NCBI RefSeq assembly: GCF_902459465.1
Contig: NC_047071.1
Location: 19,282,001-19,346,000, forward strand
From: Asterias rubens
Lineage: Eukaryota
Length of the DNA stretch: 64,000 bases
Direction: 5' to 3'
Under the pieces are notes generated by a model. The model did no database searches. It saw only the letters and a program-made list of their open reading frames with translations, and was not told where the DNA came from. The translations under genes and the position numbers were made by a program. Shown in pieces: positions 59,858-64,000 of this stretch; positions within the stretch are counted from its first letter, which is position 1, and each line of letters starts with the position of its first letter.

Positions 59858-61441
59858 ATGATGGAAGACAATTACACAATATCTCAAGATGCCAGTGATT
59901 CAGAGATTGCGACTGTGGCAAGTGGAAACATCTTGCTCACTGAGTATGTCGATTCTTCTAATGTTTCGACAGTCATGCCGACTCAAGTAACCGGAACATT
60001 ATCCCATGAACTTGTTTTCCAGTATGGAGTTACCACGGCCCTCAAGGTTGCTTATGGCGTTGTTATGGTGCCCGCCATTTTGGGCAACATCTTTATTCTC
60101 ATGGCAATTGCATGCCACGCAGAACTTCGCTCACAACACACCAATATTTACGTTGCGAACCTAGCAGTTTGCGATCTCATGGTTGTCGTCATGGAGTGCC
60201 CGTTTGCCATTTTACAGTTCTTGGTTCGAGGTGTATTCGCCATGAACTTTTTTACACCAGGGATCTGTAGACTAACTTTCTTCGTCAATAGTTTCTTTGG
60301 GACTTGTTCTATTCTCACGATGCTAGCTATTGGTGTGGAGAGGTACTGTGCAGTAATGCATCCTTTTCAAACTCTGTCTCTGGGTGAGAACGCAAGGACC
60401 AGGGCCAGGAACATCATCTTCTTCTTCTGGTCATTCACTGTGCTCACACATCTTGGGCAGTTGGCACTTTTTGGAGAAATCCAGACTGACCACTATATCA
60501 ATCAGGCCGGTGAGAGGTAGGTTTGTGTGTCCCATCTCAAGTGATGTCAACATTTTCAATTGTTGTGTTCTGTGACGTTTTGAAAAGCTGTTTTTTTTAA
60601 ATAATTTGTTTCTGGATATCCAATAATAAACCACAAAGTCGCGTCACACCGTTTTTGCTCTAAATCTGAGCCATTCATTTGTGCATTTTTTCTCGTTCTC
60701 ATTTGGACAAGGGTTCCCCTCCACTCTACGCCACTGAATCTAAAGAAATTGTTTCAAGATCTAAGAGTTTTGTATTTTCCTCAACTCAGTTTTGGTGTGA
60801 CTTACTGCCTGAGTTCCCAACCTGAGAAGCAACCGATCTACTCTCACATCTACGCTGCTACAGCCTTTCTCCTGGTCTATGGTTCAACTTTCCTCACCAC
60901 TCTGGTCCTTTATGTCCGGATCCTCAAACATCTCATCAACCGCAAGCACATCGGAGGAGACCAACTAATGGGGAAAACCACACCCGAAAACCCATCGTCT
61001 ATAAGGAGGAGAGTGGTCGTCCCTAAGACGTGCTCGGACGCGGTGCATAAGACATTTCGAATGCTGAGTTGTTCTGTACTCTCATACGCGATTTGTTACT
61101 CGTTGTATTTCTATGTCAATCTCTACTATATCTACTTCGGTCTGACGGATAGGAATGGTATCACTTTGATGCTAATTGCCAACTGGTTCGGTGCCGTTAA
61201 CTCGCTCATTAACCCCATCGTCTATACCGTGTTTGTGGACCAGTTCCGCGCCGTGTTCGGAGGGATTTTGACGGGGAAGGCGTTACGGAGGAAGAGGTCG
61301 TCTCGTTTCATCAACGCACCGAAAGGTTCACGGAGCAGACAAGTTTCCACGAATAACAACAGATCGAATACACAGAAGGAGTCGATAATTGTAACTATCA
61401 GCAACTTGAACGCCACCCCCAGCCGACCCAGCCATCAGTAG
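59858..61441 (+). CDS. Class A (rhodopsin-like) GPCR, peptide-receptor-like orphan (~436 aa)
   Basis: Exons 59858-60516 and 60790-61441 (phase-2 intron, AG|GTAGGT donor, polypyrimidine acceptor). TM1 GN, TM2 NLAVCD, C3.25, ERY, W4.50, ECL2 Cys, NPIVY. Confidence 0.9.
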
Positions 61442-61844
61442 TATTGTTGTCTTGTTAAAAACTATACTGGGTGCTAAAGTTTGGATTACGCGCGTAAAAT
61501 TTGATATAGGCTCTGGATGTTTCAATCGCATTGAGTACATGTTTGTTGTAACAATAATACAGCTAAGATTCATCGTGGTTTGAGCTCATCATACCTGTAC
61601 ATTGACAGATTGTCACGTGCGTTCCGAGGGAGATCGTTCCTTCAACCCTCGTAAGACCCCCGTGTCAGAATTTACACACTCCGCGTACAGGTGGCCCATT
61701 TTCTAGGTCAAAATTACCCTGATTCTGTTCCACAATGACTTAGACATGTGTCAAACTGACAGAATCCGAGTTCAATGCATGCAATCCGAGTCAGTTTAAC
61801 CCATGATTAGGTCAAGTCCCCTTGGGACCCGGAATCCTGATTTC

Positions 61845-62400
61845 TCGATTTCACAAAGAGTTAGGACTCGTCTTATGACGAGTAACTCGTCCTAACTTAG
61901 GATTAATCTTAAGGTCTGCATGCTACAGTGCAGGGTTGGGACTCGTCCTAAGTCCTAAGATTAGTCGCAAGTTAGGAAGAGTTTTGTGAAATCGACGGGT
62001 GTCACTAGAGTGATATGCATTGTCCATGTTGAATATATGCATTTGATGTGACAGGTATATAGGCCTATACTTCTAATACCAAGAGGCCTATCTGTACGGC
62101 GTAATCCTGCCATACCGAAAACGTGTTACCGGTGAAGTAGACAATGACTCTGTTCGTTTTCATCTCACAAAGCATCCGTAACTTTGGTGGTATACTCATA
62201 AGATATGCTTTTTGCGAGCTGGGTGGAACATTGTAAATAAAGTAGTCAATTTCACAAAGAGTTAGGACTCGTCTTATCTCGAGGTAGGACGAGTAACTTA
62301 GGATTAATTTTAAGGTCTGCATGCTACAGTGCAGGGTTGGGACTCGTCCTAAGTCCTAAGATTAGTCTCAAATTAGGAAGAGTTTTGTGAAATCGACGGC
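61845..62400 (+). mobile_element. Two copies of MITE family D (ttaggact-rich, TIR gtcgatttcacaaa)
   Basis: Copies at about 61845-62000 and 62245-62400; relatives at about 10025-10170, 43138-43320 and 52123-52260. Confidence 0.8.
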
Positions 62401-63327
62401 AGGAAGGATATAATGAATATAGACTACTCTATTTTCAATGTGCTGTAGCCGAGACACCCAACAGTCAATTCTCACCAGCGTTCATGCAGTATCTCTGCAG
62501 TGATCGTGGACTATAATCAGCATGAAGGTCTTGAATCAACACTAATAAAAAGAGAGAAATGACTGCACACTGGAACTGAGCTTTCTTGAACTTCTAATTG
62601 TACAAACGCATTTGGCGGCATGAAATCAGCTGATGATATACAAGACAAGCCGCAGGGTAAAGTTCCTCCGTTAATAATGTGACACTGGTTTTTCTTTCAA
62701 CTCGCCGCTTGGGTATCTACGACAGGGAGTTGTTAATTATACCAAGCTATGTTAGTTTTAATAAGAAAACACCCCAACCAAATTGTTTCTCTTAAATATT
62801 GACATTGGCATTGTTTCATTAATATTAATACAGATACTGTGTCGAGTCACCTCATACAAATAATTTGACCCGAGTTATGTTGACGATGTGAATTATACTG
62901 ATCTCAGAATGTGGAGTGAATTTGATGAAGCTGTGGTGGGGCGTCTCTTCACTGTTTCAAAATGTTATTATTAAGAAAACGTTTAAAACAATTTGTTGAT
63001 CTGATTAGAAAGGAGAACGAAAATTAAGGCATATAGTTCTTTACACTGCCCCAAACAAACAATCGTTAGTTGTATTAATAATCCAAAAATGCAGATGTTC
63101 AATCAGTTGAACTCACAAAATATAATTTCAAAAGGTGGTTGCGTTTTTGAGATATCGCCGAAAATCCGATGTGAATATAATGTCCACACATTAATCCCTG
63201 AAGGGAATAAACAATCTGATAGCGTAACTCTTCTTAGCTCTGATTCACATTAAAAACTGATGTCGTTTTACATGAACATATACTTCAAAGTGAAATGTTC
63301 ATCGCAAAATGTTTTATACTATCGAAA

Positions 63328-63705
63328 GATACTGGGTCCTAACCCAATTTATGCCCCAAACATTAAAAAATATATTTTTTTTTAGTGAATGATATTTCAA
63401 CGAGTATCACCCGCTCTAACGAAAAAAAAGTTTAACTTTTACTTTTAATTGTCAGGAACCATGACAAAAATATAAAACGTTTCTTATAAAACACATAAGA
63501 ATTGGTCACGTGATATATTGTCGGGATCCCGACAAAAACTAATTTTGAGCACTTTATTTCACTGCTTCTAATAATTGGCAGACTTATTCGAGCAATGGCT
63601 CAAATGAAAGCTTGTAACTTTCTCGACCCCCATCAAAATACCTATTGAATTTTAAATCAAAATTTTGGGGTAAAATCGGTCAAAAATCTGACATAGCATC
63701 TTTAA
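63328..63705. mobile_element. Element nested within a copy of the 49727 family
   Basis: Host similarity stops at actatcgaaag (~63328) and resumes at aagagtgattacc (~63710); the insert ends in ctgacatagcatctttaa. Confidence 0.5.
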
Positions 63706-64000
63706 TTTCAAGAGTGATTACCAAACGTACATAATTCCCCTCTAAATCACAGAAGACCTGTCATATTCAATCTGCACCAAACATGGAAATAATATACCCT
63801 TAGTAATATAATCAATTAATAATTTGCTTATTAACTTGGATCCTGATGAGTCAATCTAGCTGTAAATGAAGTAACCGTTATCAGAAATGCCACGTGAGCT
63901 CATTTCTGCGTGGAGGTGCATCATGTCAAAGTAATGCTAGCGTGAAGAGGCTTTGGCCACTTCTTGTGCATTTAGTGAGAGTGTATTTGCCGTCAATAGG

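Overview
Eukaryotic, intron-rich, AT-rich, repeat-dense animal DNA. A marine invertebrate deuterostome, possibly a sea star, is my inference from the gene models and repeat style. Seven protein-coding genes were reconstructed by hand from GT-AG boundaries with consistent phases: mitochondrial Lon protease LONP1 (-, 17 exons in the window, 3' end beyond position 1); a sarcosine-oxidase-like FAD oxidoreductase (+), head-to-head with LONP1; a SAXO/FAM154 axonemal microtubule stabiliser (+); PTS (-), head-to-head with EDC3 (+); a ZXDC-like 10-finger C2H2 protein (+); and a 2-exon class A GPCR (+). Introns and intergenic DNA carry many MITEs (several with TTAA target sites), tRNA-derived SINEs, probable LINE fossils and three tandem arrays. 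The most notable unexplained signal is three near-identical ~130-nt elements, one per intron and sense to LONP1, with full hairpin-H box-hairpin-ACA architecture: a candidate H/ACA snoRNA/scaRNA family with no guide target I could assign. All homology statements are from recalled family motifs; no database search was run.
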